Of a stretch of 64,000 bases of DNA, positions 47,304-56,546 are shown piece by piece. The stretch comes from Spirochaetia bacterium. GTDB taxonomy: Bacteria > Spirochaetota > Spirochaetia > WTKD01 > G963693115. Position numbers and translations under genes: made by a program. Below the pieces are notes generated by a model. It worked only from the letters and a program-made list of their open reading frames with translations. It was not told where the DNA came from and did no database searches. The stretch lies in assembly GCA_965226055.1 (NCBI GenBank), contig CBDDCA010000005.1, positions 96,001-160,000 of the forward strand. Reading direction: 5' to 3'. Position 1 is the stretch's first letter; the number at the start of each line of letters is the position of its first letter.

Positions 47304-49178
47304 ATGAAAAAAATAAGACTCACCTGTTCTCAAGCACTTGTTCAGTTTCTTGATAAACAATATATTGAGTATGATGGAAAGCAACAAAAGTTTGTTGAAG
47401 GAATGGTAGGCATATTTGGACATGGGAGTGTACTTGGTATTGGGGATGCCTTACAACTCGACAATCATTCTTTACGATTTTATCGTGCTAATAATGAACA
47501 AGGGGCAGGACATATTGCAATGGGCTTCGCAAAACAACACAACAGAAAAAAAATACTGTGTGCGTTCAGTTCCATTGGCCCTGGTGCTATGAATATGATA
47601 ACAGCTGCAGCAACTGCCACAGCTAATCGTATTCCTGTATTGTTTATACCTGGAGATATTTTTGCTACTCGGCAACCCGACCCTGTACTACAACAAATAG
47701 AACAAGAACACGACTACACTATCAGCAGTAACGATGCGTTTCGTCCTGTCAGTAAATACTGGGATCGCATATCACGTCCCGAACAGATAATGTCCGCTGC
47801 CATCCATGCAATGCGAGTACTCACTGACCCTGCCACTACTGGAGCAGTTACCTTAAGCCTCCCTCAAGATACAGCAGCAGAAGCCTATGATTATCCTCTC
47901 TCCTTTTTTAAGAAAAGAATTCATCGTATACAGAGACGCCCTCTTGCACCAGAGCTTGCCGAAGAAATAGCTACAAAGATTGTAAAAAAGAAAAAACCTC
48001 TCATCATTGTTGGAGGCGGAGTACGATACTCTGAAGCATGGAAAGAAGTGGAAGCGTTTGCTCAAAAGTATGCTATTCCTTTTGCTGAGACACAGGCAGG
48101 AAAAGGCGTAATACTATCCCATAACCCACTGAACCTTGGAGGCGTTGGCACTACAGGGACCGAATGTGCAAACAAATACGCAGCCACCACAGATTGCCTC
48201 ATTGCTATAGGCACACGACTAAACGATTTTCATACTGCATCAAAATGGGCATTTAGAAATACTACTCTTGAAGTACTTTCCATAAATGTAAACAGCATGG
48301 ATGCCTACAAACTAAATGGCACTCCCTATATAGCAGATGCGAAACTTGCAATACAAGAAATTGATATTGCATTACAAAAAAAGAATTATAGCACCACTCC
48401 CGCTGTGCAACAAACAGTAAGCACCCTCAAAGCAAAATGGGATAAGGAAGTAGATACTCTCTATGCAAAAAAGCATACAGAACTCCTTACACAAACCCAA
48501 ATTTTAGGAGAACTCAACGAAGGTACTATAGTGCCAGATTCTGCAATCATTGTATGTGCGTCTGGGAGTCTTCCTTCAGACTTAGAACGTGTATGGCGTA
48601 CAAAATCTCTTCATAGCTATCATTTAGAATATGGATATTCATGTATGGGCTATGAAATAGCAGGTGCTATTGGAGCAAAAATAGCAGAGCCAAAACGAGA
48701 TGTATACGCTCTTGTAGGCGATGGAGCCTATCTTATGCTTCATCAAGAAATTGTTATGGCTATTGAAGAAAATATCAAAATTACTATTGTGTTGGTGGAT
48801 AACGGTGGATGGCAATGCATTGATAACTTGCAGACTGGATCGGGTATTCCACGTTTTGGCTGTGAACTACGTTTTCGCAACCCTACAACAAAACGACTTG
48901 ACGGAGACTATGTTCCCATAGATTTTGCACAAAATGCACAAAGCTATGGTGCAGACACATGGACTGTGTGCAACGAAACAGAGTTACAACAAGCCCTTAC
49001 AGCATCACAGAAAAGCAAGAAGCTCTGTCTTATAGCCTGTAAAAGTGTAGTAAAATCTATGACACAAGGATATGCCACATGGTGGCGTGCTGGCACTCCC
49101 GAAGTTTCGGAATACTCAGCAGTAAAAAAAGCCACTCATACCATGCATAAACATATACAAGAAGCAAAAGAATTTTAA
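47304..49178 (+). CDS. iolD: 3D-(3,5/4)-trihydroxycyclohexane-1,2-dione acylhydrolase
   Basis: RLTCSQALVQFL, GIFGHG, SIGPGA.NM, RQPDPVLQQIE, YHLEYGYSCMGYE, TPP motif GDGAYLM. Confidence 0.95.
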   Translation: MKKIRLTCSQALVQFLDKQYIEYDGKQQKFVEGMVGIFGHGSVLGIGDALQLDNHSLRFYRANNEQGAGHIAMGFAKQHNRKKILCAFSSIGPGAMNMITAAATATANRIPVLFIPGDIFATRQPDPVLQQIEQEHDYTISSNDAFRPVSKYWDRISRPEQIMSAAIHAMRVLTDPATTGAVTLSLPQDTAAEAYDYPLSFFKKRIHRIQRRPLAPELAEEIATKIVKKKKPLIIVGGGVRYSEAWKEVEAFAQKYAIPFAETQAGKGVILSHNPLNLGGVGTTGTECANKYAATTDCLIAIGTRLNDFHTASKWAFRNTTLEVLSINVNSMDAYKLNGTPYIADAKLAIQEIDIALQKKNYSTTPAVQQTVSTLKAKWDKEVDTLYAKKHTELLTQTQILGELNEGTIVPDSAIIVCASGSLPSDLERVWRTKSLHSYHLEYGYSCMGYEIAGAIGAKIAEPKRDVYALVGDGAYLMLHQEIVMAIEENIKITIVLVDNGGWQCIDNLQTGSGIPRFGCELRFRNPTTKRLDGDYVPIDFAQNAQSYGADTWTVCNETELQQALTASQKSKKLCLIACKSVVKSMTQGYATWWRAGTPEVSEYSAVKKATHTMHKHIQEAKEF

Positions 49179-49182
49179 TATA

Positions 49183-50241
49183 ATGGAGGAAACGAAAGAA
49201 AGCAATACAAACACAGTCATACAAAACCTCTTTGATTTCGAAACAACACAAAAAGAACATGCTATTGAGAAAACCATTGATTGCATTACCATAGGAAGAG
49301 CAAATGTTGATCTCTACCCTCCTGTAGAAGAACATTTAGATTTTGCTCGAAGCTATGAAGCGTTTGTAGGAGGATCTCCAGCTAATATTGCTGCAGGCAT
49401 TTCCTGTCTCGGGCTTAGCAGTGCTATTATTACCCGAGTAGCAAACGATCTTCATGGAAAGTTTGTAGTAAACTATTTGAGTAAAACATGTAATGTCGAT
49501 TGTTCTATGGTACAATACGATAATAGTGATGCTAAAACATCCCTCGCTTTTGCCGAACGCTGCCCTGACGCATCAACAATAATGTATCGAAATAATTGTG
49601 CAGATTTGTATCTTGATTACACCGAAATTCATCCCAAAGATATAGCAAAAAGTCGTAGTATTTGTATATCAGGAACAGCCCTCACTTCACAGCATTCAAG
49701 AAAAGCAGTGCTTTGGATACTCAATATTGCAAAACAATGCAAGATACCCTGCATTATTGATATTGATTATCGACCCTATGGATGGAAATCTTATGCTGAG
49801 GCTGCTGGAGTACTTTCTACTGTCGCTAAAATGTGTGACATTGTCATAGGAACAGAAGAAGAATTTACGATAGCAAATGCGCTAGTCGAGTCAGTAGAAA
49901 AAAAAGGCTTTACCGATGAACAGCTAGCACAAGGATTATTTAAGGAAGAATGCAAGATGGCTATTATTAAATATGGTGCAGAAGGTTCTGTATGCTATGT
50001 AAAAGATCATGCTACTATTGATGGGTTTGTGTTTAATGTAGATCCAATCAAGCCATGGGGTGCAGGAGATGCCTTTGCAAGTGCCTTTATTTCTTATTTA
50101 ATACTTGGAGAAGATATTGAAAAAGCCTTAGAAGCAGGAGCAGCTTCAGCAGCAATAAATATTACTGGACTTTCTTGTACGGAGGCTATGCCAACTCGTC
50201 AAGAATTACGTGACTTTATAAAAAAATATAGAAACAAATAA
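49183..50241 (+). CDS. iolC: 5-dehydro-2-deoxygluconokinase
   Basis: IGRANVDLYP, GGSPANIA, YRNNCAD, DIDYRP, GAGDAF (PfkB family); iol context. Confidence 0.92.
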   Translation: MEETKESNTNTVIQNLFDFETTQKEHAIEKTIDCITIGRANVDLYPPVEEHLDFARSYEAFVGGSPANIAAGISCLGLSSAIITRVANDLHGKFVVNYLSKTCNVDCSMVQYDNSDAKTSLAFAERCPDASTIMYRNNCADLYLDYTEIHPKDIAKSRSICISGTALTSQHSRKAVLWILNIAKQCKIPCIIDIDYRPYGWKSYAEAAGVLSTVAKMCDIVIGTEEEFTIANALVESVEKKGFTDEQLAQGLFKEECKMAIIKYGAEGSVCYVKDHATIDGFVFNVDPIKPWGAGDAFASAFISYLILGEDIEKALEAGAASAAINITGLSCTEAMPTRQELRDFIKKYRNK

Positions 50242-50304
50242 TGCATATGAGAAATACATGTATTTTTTCAATTATGCCTGCATATAAAAAGGAGTATTTA
50301 TACT

Positions 50305-51150
50305 ATGCCAGCACATATCCCCTATTATAACAACAATAACAATGCTATTATTGATGATACAAATCATATGGTAGACCGTAGCTACCTTAATAGAGTAGTG
50401 CTACAAAAAGGAGACAACTATGTCCATGCACTAGACGGCTATGAGAGTTGCTGTACTGTTGTAGCAGGTACTTGTACCATACAAACAGCTACCAATACAT
50501 ACACATCCGTAGGAGAAAGAACAGCACTATTTGAAGGCAAACCTGATTCTGTATACATACCTTTAGGTGACAGTGCTACCATAACAGCAGATAGCAATAC
50601 AGTCGAAGTGTTTATTGCTGCAGGAAAAGCAACAAAGCAATACACTAGCTTTCGTGTTTCTCCCCAAGAAGTAGACACAGTGCAGTATGGCAGTGATGAC
50701 ACAAAAACGCATAGAAAAATCTATCATATACTGGGACAAAAACAAGAAGGCATGGTAGACAAGCTATTGCTAAGTGAACTATTTACCGTAGGAGCAGGAG
50801 GCTGGTCGGGGTTTCCTCCGCATAAACATCATGTCGATAAAGAAGGAATAGAAAGCGATCATGAAGAGCTATACTTATTTAAGTTTAATCCATCACATGG
50901 CTTTGGAGCACAGTTTGCCTATGTAAACGATAACGATTTTGGACCAGTGTATCATATCAAAGATAATTCAGTTATTATACTCGATAAAAGCTATCATCCT
51001 GTTGTTGCTGCACCTGGCTATGAGATGTATTATTTTACCATTCTTGTGGGAAAAACACAGCGTCCACTGGTACAATATTTTCAACCACAACATAGCTACC
51101 AGCTGGAAACTATCCCTGGCATAAAAGACATGATACGCAAATTTAAATAA
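50305..51150 (+). CDS. iolB: 5-deoxy-glucuronate isomerase
   Basis: GGWSGFPPHKH, HEELY.F, YHPVVAAPGYEMYY. Confidence 0.92.
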   Translation: MPAHIPYYNNNNNAIIDDTNHMVDRSYLNRVVLQKGDNYVHALDGYESCCTVVAGTCTIQTATNTYTSVGERTALFEGKPDSVYIPLGDSATITADSNTVEVFIAAGKATKQYTSFRVSPQEVDTVQYGSDDTKTHRKIYHILGQKQEGMVDKLLLSELFTVGAGGWSGFPPHKHHVDKEGIESDHEELYLFKFNPSHGFGAQFAYVNDNDFGPVYHIKDNSVIILDKSYHPVVAAPGYEMYYFTILVGKTQRPLVQYFQPQHSYQLETIPGIKDMIRKFK

Positions 51151-51173
51151 TTAGCATTCTATAGGAAACTGTT

Positions 51174-52025
51174 ATGCTAGTAAATTTACAAAACATATTG
51201 CCTGATGCACAGAGAAATAACTATGCTATAGCAGGCTTTAATATTTTCAGTCTTGCATGGGCAGAAGCAGTCATACAAGCGGCAAGTGATGCTTCTTGTC
51301 CTACCATTATCATGTGTAACAAAGCAATGATGGACTCGTTTCCTCCCTCTGTTATTGGCATAGCACTCTCTCGCTTAGCAGAAAAAGCAACAGTTCCTGT
51401 ATGTGTGCATTTAGATCATTGCTCTGATATTACGCGTATTCAAGAAGCTATAGAAAACGGCTTTACATCAGTCATGTACGATGGTTCGTCTCTGCCTTTT
51501 GAACAAAATCTAAAAAACACTCAGTCGGTAGTGCAGTTTGCCCATAGTAAAGGAGTATCAGTAGAAGCAGAACTAGGAACAGTAGCGTATAGCGATATGC
51601 CACACTCAACAGGCTCACTCAGCAAGCCTCAAGAAGTAGAACAGTTTACTCATGCCTGTGCAGTAGATGCTCTTGCTATCTCTATAGGAAATATACATCG
51701 TCTTACCGAAAAAACCGCTACTATTGATTTCAGTTTACTAAAAGCTATAGAACAAAAGACACAGACTCCCTTAGTGATTCACGGAACAAGTGGCATTACC
51801 GAACAAGACATAAAAACACTGTTATCAAGTTCCGTTTCAAAATTTAATATAGGAACAGCACTTCGCATGGCATTTGCAAAGTCCTTACGTACTACATTAC
51901 AAGAACATCCTGCTTTATTCGATTGGCTGCAAATTGAAAAACAATGTATACAATCAGTGTATGAAGCAGCGTATTATCATCTTGTATTACTCTCTCATAC
52001 AGAACATAACGGAGAAAAAACATGA
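51174..52025 (+). CDS. iolJ: Class II aldolase, probable 6-phospho-5-dehydro-2-deoxy-D-gluconate aldolase
   Basis: VHLDH, GFTSVMYDGS, VEAELG, LAISIGNIH, LVIHG.SG, KFNIGT; iol context. Confidence 0.75.
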   Translation: MLVNLQNILPDAQRNNYAIAGFNIFSLAWAEAVIQAASDASCPTIIMCNKAMMDSFPPSVIGIALSRLAEKATVPVCVHLDHCSDITRIQEAIENGFTSVMYDGSSLPFEQNLKNTQSVVQFAHSKGVSVEAELGTVAYSDMPHSTGSLSKPQEVEQFTHACAVDALAISIGNIHRLTEKTATIDFSLLKAIEQKTQTPLVIHGTSGITEQDIKTLLSSSVSKFNIGTALRMAFAKSLRTTLQEHPALFDWLQIEKQCIQSVYEAAYYHLVLLSHTEHNGEKT

Positions 52026-52852
52026 AATATGCATTACATGGAATGCTTACAAAACACTCAAACTTACTTTCAGATATAACCTTAGCGGCTACAGAGACCT
52101 ATGATGCTATAGAAATACACACCGATAAGCTATGGCGTTACTTAGAGGCAGGATATACTGCACATACCTTAAAAACAGCACTCAATACAAAAAACATGAA
52201 AGTTTCAGCTATAGATATTATAGGGAATGTAGAATGTCCACGAAAAAATAATTTTGCTAGCATATTGACACAGGCTCAAACACTTATTGATCTTGCAAGC
52301 ACTGTTGGATGTAACACTATACAGCTCAATGCGTTTAATGAACTTGATGGACTGGATATTACAAGCGTCATAAAGCTCACTGCAAAAAATATCCGCAAAA
52401 TAGCGTTGTTAGGACAGAAAAAAAATATTTCTTTTCAATATGAGGGTGCTGCATGGACTCCCATACATAGCTTGAAAGATTGCTTGCACCTTGTAGAAGA
52501 AGTTGCATGTGATAACTTTGGCTTAGTCATAGATTACTGGCATTTTTGGGCTTCTGGAAAAACAAGTCCAGACGATATTGCAAGGCTTGACAAAAAACTT
52601 ATATACAATGTGCATTGTTGTGGAGGAAATAAGCCTGCCAATACTACACTATGGCCTGATGAGAGTACTTTACGCGACTGCTTTCCTTTAGAGGGAGCTT
52701 TGCCTGCACAGGAGTGGACTGACGCAATAAAAGCAACAGGCTACACTGGGTATGTCTCAGGTGAGTTGCTGGGAGCTACATGTTGGGAGCATAGCCATTC
52801 TTATAATGCACATACAATGCTCAATATACTAAAAACATTGTTTAAGGACTAA
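52022..52852 (+). CDS. Sugar-phosphate isomerase/epimerase (TIM barrel; IolI/IolH-like)
   Basis: YDAIE, YEGAAW, NFGLVIDYWHF, GYTGYVSGEL; last gene of the iol operon. Confidence 0.75.
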   Translation: MKYALHGMLTKHSNLLSDITLAATETYDAIEIHTDKLWRYLEAGYTAHTLKTALNTKNMKVSAIDIIGNVECPRKNNFASILTQAQTLIDLASTVGCNTIQLNAFNELDGLDITSVIKLTAKNIRKIALLGQKKNISFQYEGAAWTPIHSLKDCLHLVEEVACDNFGLVIDYWHFWASGKTSPDDIARLDKKLIYNVHCCGGNKPANTTLWPDESTLRDCFPLEGALPAQEWTDAIKATGYTGYVSGELLGATCWEHSHSYNAHTMLNILKTLFKD

Positions 52853-52928
52853 TGCTCTCCTACATATAGTATAGCACATACTCTCATCTTTTGTGTTAGT
52901 CCTAAAGCTGTTATTACCACTGTCTTTA

Positions 52929-53750
52929 CTACACTGTATAGAAAAAAAGCCCCCATGCAATACTGCTGACAATACACAGAACACTCAGCCCTATCATGCT
53001 TTTTTTGGTATCATAGCTTGCACGGTGCATGCCACGAGAAGCAGAAGCAGTGGTATTTGATTGCTTCTGTGTCTGTTGCAGATGATATTTTTCTAATACA
53101 TTACAGAGAAACATATCTACTTTTACAAACAGAGGGACTGATGGAGAGTGCTGTTGTGCTTGTATCATTTCTGTGTCTTTTTGATCATCAGATGGAGACG
53201 ATTGCGATACTATTGTATCTTTACTTTCAAACAGCAGGGCAAACAAACGTAAGCTCACAGAAAGCACTTTTCCTCCATAGCCTGGCAATGATAAATGAGG
53301 ACTTATAGCCCATAAAGAGAGAAACACATAGGCACTCAATGTGATACCTCGAAACACTCCTTCTTCCAATGCTCCCTGAGTAATACGTAATGGCCCTATA
53401 GTATAGAGGAGCTTACCGCTTGGCAGCAATAGAGAGAAAAACACAATAGAAGCTATAAAAAATATGTAGTAGGAAATTCGTACGCGTTTCTGTGATGATG
53501 CAAGTATATAAAATATACCTACTAATATCAATCTCCCATATAACGAGGCTTGAAAGAGAAATGCAAAAAAATTTACAGCTCCCATAAAGAGCAATACAAC
53601 AGGATGCACTGCAGACAGAGTAGAAGAAAGAAAGGAAGCAATAGCTCCCCTCCTCTTATGTACTCTTTTTTGTGAAGCATTTTTACGATGCTTGTTAGTA
53701 AAGAACATGCAGTATTCCTTATCATGTTCCTTTTGCAAGTGAATGAGCAT
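52929..53750 (-). CDS. Membrane protein (ECF T-component-like fragment) paired with Gx transporter
   Basis: Several TMs, PSGKLLYTIGPLRITQGALEEG; overlaps the upstream Gx-family gene; start uncertain. Confidence 0.5.
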   Translation of the reverse strand: MLIHLQKEHDKEYCMFFTNKHRKNASQKRVHKRRGAIASFLSSTLSAVHPVVLLFMGAVNFFAFLFQASLYGRLILVGIFYILASSQKRVRISYYIFFIASIVFFSLLLPSGKLLYTIGPLRITQGALEEGVFRGITLSAYVFLSLWAISPHLSLPGYGGKVLSVSLRLFALLFESKDTIVSQSSPSDDQKDTEMIQAQQHSPSVPLFVKVDMFLCNVLEKYHLQQTQKQSNTTASASRGMHRASYDTKKSMIGLSVLCIVSSIAWGLFFYTV

Positions 53751-54300
53751 ACTGCTGATACAACAAACCTAAAAACTGAGAATTACGATAATAATATTCT
53801 GCAATCAAGCCTACCACTATCCCTGAGATACATCCCAACAATAACAAGTATGGAGCAATAATAATAGAGCTTGTGCCAAATATAAACAATACAGAAAAGA
53901 TAACCTGTACTGTATTACTGGTAGCAGCACCAATAATACTAATGCCTAGCAACCCTACCCTCTGTTTCAGCAATGTAATAACTATCCACTGCATACATAC
54001 AGCACTGATAGCACCACTCAAGGAAAATAAAAACACATAGGAAGCAATAGTACCATGCAGTATTCCAGTGGCAAATACACGTAGTATAAGCACAAAAAAT
54101 ATATCAGAAACCTTAAAATTACGTAAAATAAGCAAAATAACGATATTTGACAAACCAAAACGAAAAAAAGGCACTGGTCGAGGAAATAAATATTCTATAG
54201 AAGACAAAAAGAGACTACACGCAATACAGAATGCCAGTATTTCCTGTTTTGTAAGAGAAGAAATACTATTCTTATAGGGAGTATGTGGAAAATGCGACAT
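53722..54300 (-). CDS. Gx transporter / heptaprenyl diphosphate synthase component I family membrane protein
   Basis: LSSIEYLFPRPVPFFRFGLSN, FSLSGA, GISIIGA..SN..Q. Confidence 0.8.
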   Translation of the reverse strand: MSHFPHTPYKNSISSLTKQEILAFCIACSLFLSSIEYLFPRPVPFFRFGLSNIVILLILRNFKVSDIFFVLILRVFATGILHGTIASYVFLFSLSGAISAVCMQWIVITLLKQRVGLLGISIIGAATSNTVQVIFSVLFIFGTSSIIIAPYLLLLGCISGIVVGLIAEYYYRNSQFLGLLYQQYAHSLAKGT

Positions 54301-54358
54301 ATCTATAGTATACTTTAATTTTTCATCTTTACTGCTTGAACTCGTGGCTCATCCTCCG

Positions 54359-55745
54359 TGCAGATTCCAGAATCAAATGCGACATACAAGGCTTTCGCAA
54401 AATGAATATTACATAATGGCTATATTGCTATACTATATATTAGATGAGCAAACAAGAAAAAAAAGAATCTACTGTTTTAACAAAAAAAACTCCCTCCTTA
54501 CGCTTCAAGCAGGACGATGGCTCTGATTTTCCCGATTGGGAAGAGAGGAGGCTGGGGGATATTGGAGAAACATTTAGTGGTTTATCTGGTAAGACAAAAG
54601 ATGATTTTGGTAAAGGAAAACCCTTTATTCAATATATGCAAATATTCAGTTCGGCTATAATAAACACTTCAAATTTTGGGCTTGTTAGAATACGAAATGG
54701 CGAAAAGCAGACTAAAGTTCGATTAGGAGATATTTTGTTTACAACCTCTTCTGAGACAGCAGAGGAAATAGGATGCTCTTCTGTTTTAATTGAAAATGTA
54801 GAGGAAGTGTACTTAAATAGCTTTTGTTTTGGGTATCGTCCTTATTCTTTGAGTCAGCTATATCCAAATTTTTCAGCATATCTTTTTAGAAGTGAACTAT
54901 TTAGAAAAAAGATTATAAAATTAGCTCAAGGAAGTACTCGCTATAATATGTCAAAGGTTCAACTAATGAACATCCATGTTAATATACCAGTAATTGAAGA
55001 GCAACAAAAAATAGGCTCTTTTCTGCAGAGTGTAGACACAAAAATACAGCTCCTTGAAAGAAAAGTAACACTGTTGCAGTCGTACAAAAAGGGTGTCATG
55101 CAAAAACTTTTTTCACAGGAGCTACGCTTTAAAGACGAGCAAGGAAACGAGTATCCCGATTGGGAATTTTTGAGAGGAGATGAGATATTTAAAAGCATTT
55201 CAAATAGAGATCATAATTCTGATTTGCCAATATTAGCCATTTCTCAAGAATATGGAGCTATTCCAAGAGAATTTATTGATTTGGAAATTATTGTATCAGA
55301 AAATAGCATAAGTACATATAAAGTTGTAGAAAAAGGTGATTTCATAATTAGTTTGAGATCATTTCAAGGAGGTATTGAATATTCTAATTACAAAGGTATC
55401 TGTAGTCCTGCCTACATTATTCTTAGATCAATTATAAAAATTAACGATTATTACTTTAAGTCATATTTCAAAACTTTTAAGTATATTCAAGAATTAAACA
55501 AAAAATTGGAAGGGATTCGAGATGGTAAAATGATTAGCTACAAATACTTTTCTGAAATAAAATTACCAGTTCCTTCCCTCCCCGAACAACAAAAGATAGC
55601 CTCTTTTCTGCAGAGCCTCGATACAAAAATATCGCTCACACAGAAACAAGTAGCACTTACAAAGCAGTATAAGAAAGGCTTATTACAAAGGATGTTTGTA
55701 TAAAAAATTGCAGATTCAAGAACTAAGTGCAACAGCAAAAGCCTT
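54359..55745 (+). repeat. Imperfect direct repeats (54359-54395 and 55709-55745) flanking hsdS
   Basis: TGCAGATTCCAGAATCAAATGCGACA vs TGCAGATTCAAGAACTAAGTGCAACA, 21/26 identical by manual alignment, 27/37 when extended. Confidence 0.55.
54444..55703 (+). CDS. hsdS: Type I restriction-modification specificity subunit (orphan in this window)
   Basis: PSLRFK...DWEE, TRD1, P..EEQQKI.SFLQS.D.KI...KKG.MQKLFSQELRFKD...PDWE, TRD2, repeated C-terminal conserved region ending KKGLLQRMFV. Confidence 0.93.
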   Translation: MSKQEKKESTVLTKKTPSLRFKQDDGSDFPDWEERRLGDIGETFSGLSGKTKDDFGKGKPFIQYMQIFSSAIINTSNFGLVRIRNGEKQTKVRLGDILFTTSSETAEEIGCSSVLIENVEEVYLNSFCFGYRPYSLSQLYPNFSAYLFRSELFRKKIIKLAQGSTRYNMSKVQLMNIHVNIPVIEEQQKIGSFLQSVDTKIQLLERKVTLLQSYKKGVMQKLFSQELRFKDEQGNEYPDWEFLRGDEIFKSISNRDHNSDLPILAISQEYGAIPREFIDLEIIVSENSISTYKVVEKGDFIISLRSFQGGIEYSNYKGICSPAYIILRSIIKINDYYFKSYFKTFKYIQELNKKLEGIRDGKMISYKYFSEIKLPVPSLPEQQKIASFLQSLDTKISLTQKQVALTKQYKKGLLQRMFV

Positions 55746-55897
55746 TATTCTTTCTATTTTGCTCTTTTGTCGTATTTAATATTTGAACTTGTGTTTAATA
55801 AAAAACAAGAAACAATCAAATGTATTTTTACCTCTGACGAAGGCGAATTAGTAGGTATTTATGAACGCTAGTTAGTTTTTTGCTTTATAGTATATCG

Positions 55898-56356
55898 TTA
55901 TATTCCAAATACTTTAGCTATAAAAATGCCTATAAAAGTACCTATAACTACAAATACAATCGGTAGTACTAATTGATTTAAAAAATAAGATTTTTTTATT
56001 CTATTTGAAAGTTGTTGACTCTTTAAGAGCTCTCTTCCTGATAGCGTTAGATGTCCTGAATAATGTAGTATATTATTCATCTCGTCATATGATGTACAAT
56101 GAAAATATTTATCGTTTATTAACTCTCTCATACTTATATTAAAATATTTTTCTAAACCTTCATATTCTCCGTTAAGACAAGTAATGTTTATACATACTCC
56201 TCCAGAAGAACGAGACATTTCATCCAAAATTATAGGCTTAGTGTATTCAATCATTTGAGAGGTATTCTTTTTTGTTTTCATTTTTTCTATTTTCTTAGCT
56301 ATTCTTCTGCGTCGTTTTTCTTCTTGTTTTCTGGTAAGTCTTTTATTCCATATCAT
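55898..56356 (-). CDS. Hypothetical protein, possible winged-helix fold with C-terminal TM helix
   Basis: AAGGAG Shine-Dalgarno; basic N-terminus, HLTLSGRELL wing-like motif, hydrophobic C-terminal helix. Confidence 0.65.
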   Translation of the reverse strand: MIWNKRLTRKQEEKRRRRIAKKIEKMKTKKNTSQMIEYTKPIILDEMSRSSGGVCINITCLNGEYEGLEKYFNISMRELINDKYFHCTSYDEMNNILHYSGHLTLSGRELLKSQQLSNRIKKSYFLNQLVLPIVFVVIGTFIGIFIAKVFGI

Positions 56357-56510
56357 TTTAGTTTCTCCTTTTCATCTATTTATATCTAGTTTATACTAAC
56401 TTAAGTTTGACTGTATGTACAGTTTAGTTTCTTAAAATTAAAATTTTTTGACCTAATAAAATAGTCAATCTTTGGCTACTTTGTATATAATTCCCAGAAT
56501 TGCTCATATA

Positions 56511-56539
56511 TTGCAATAATAAATAAAATCAATTATTAT
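56511..56539 (+). promoter_or_regulatory. Sigma70 promoter of the OLD-type gene (probably leaderless)
   Basis: TTGCAA (56511-56516), 17 bp, TATTAT (56534-56539); ATG at 56547, no Shine-Dalgarno. Confidence 0.55.
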
Positions 56540-56546
56540 ATATAGT

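Noticed and set aside
45002-52852. tRNA-Leu as the attachment site of an integrated island
   Set aside because: No integrase and no duplicated tRNA 3' end seen in the window
56410-56423. LexA SOS box
   Set aside because: CTGT and ACAG are separated by 4 nt rather than the 8 nt of the canonical proteobacterial box; kept only as an unassigned palindrome
54300-56546. Integron cassette array around hsdS and the orphan gene
   Set aside because: No intI and no convincing RYYYAAC...GTTRRRY attC palindromes found
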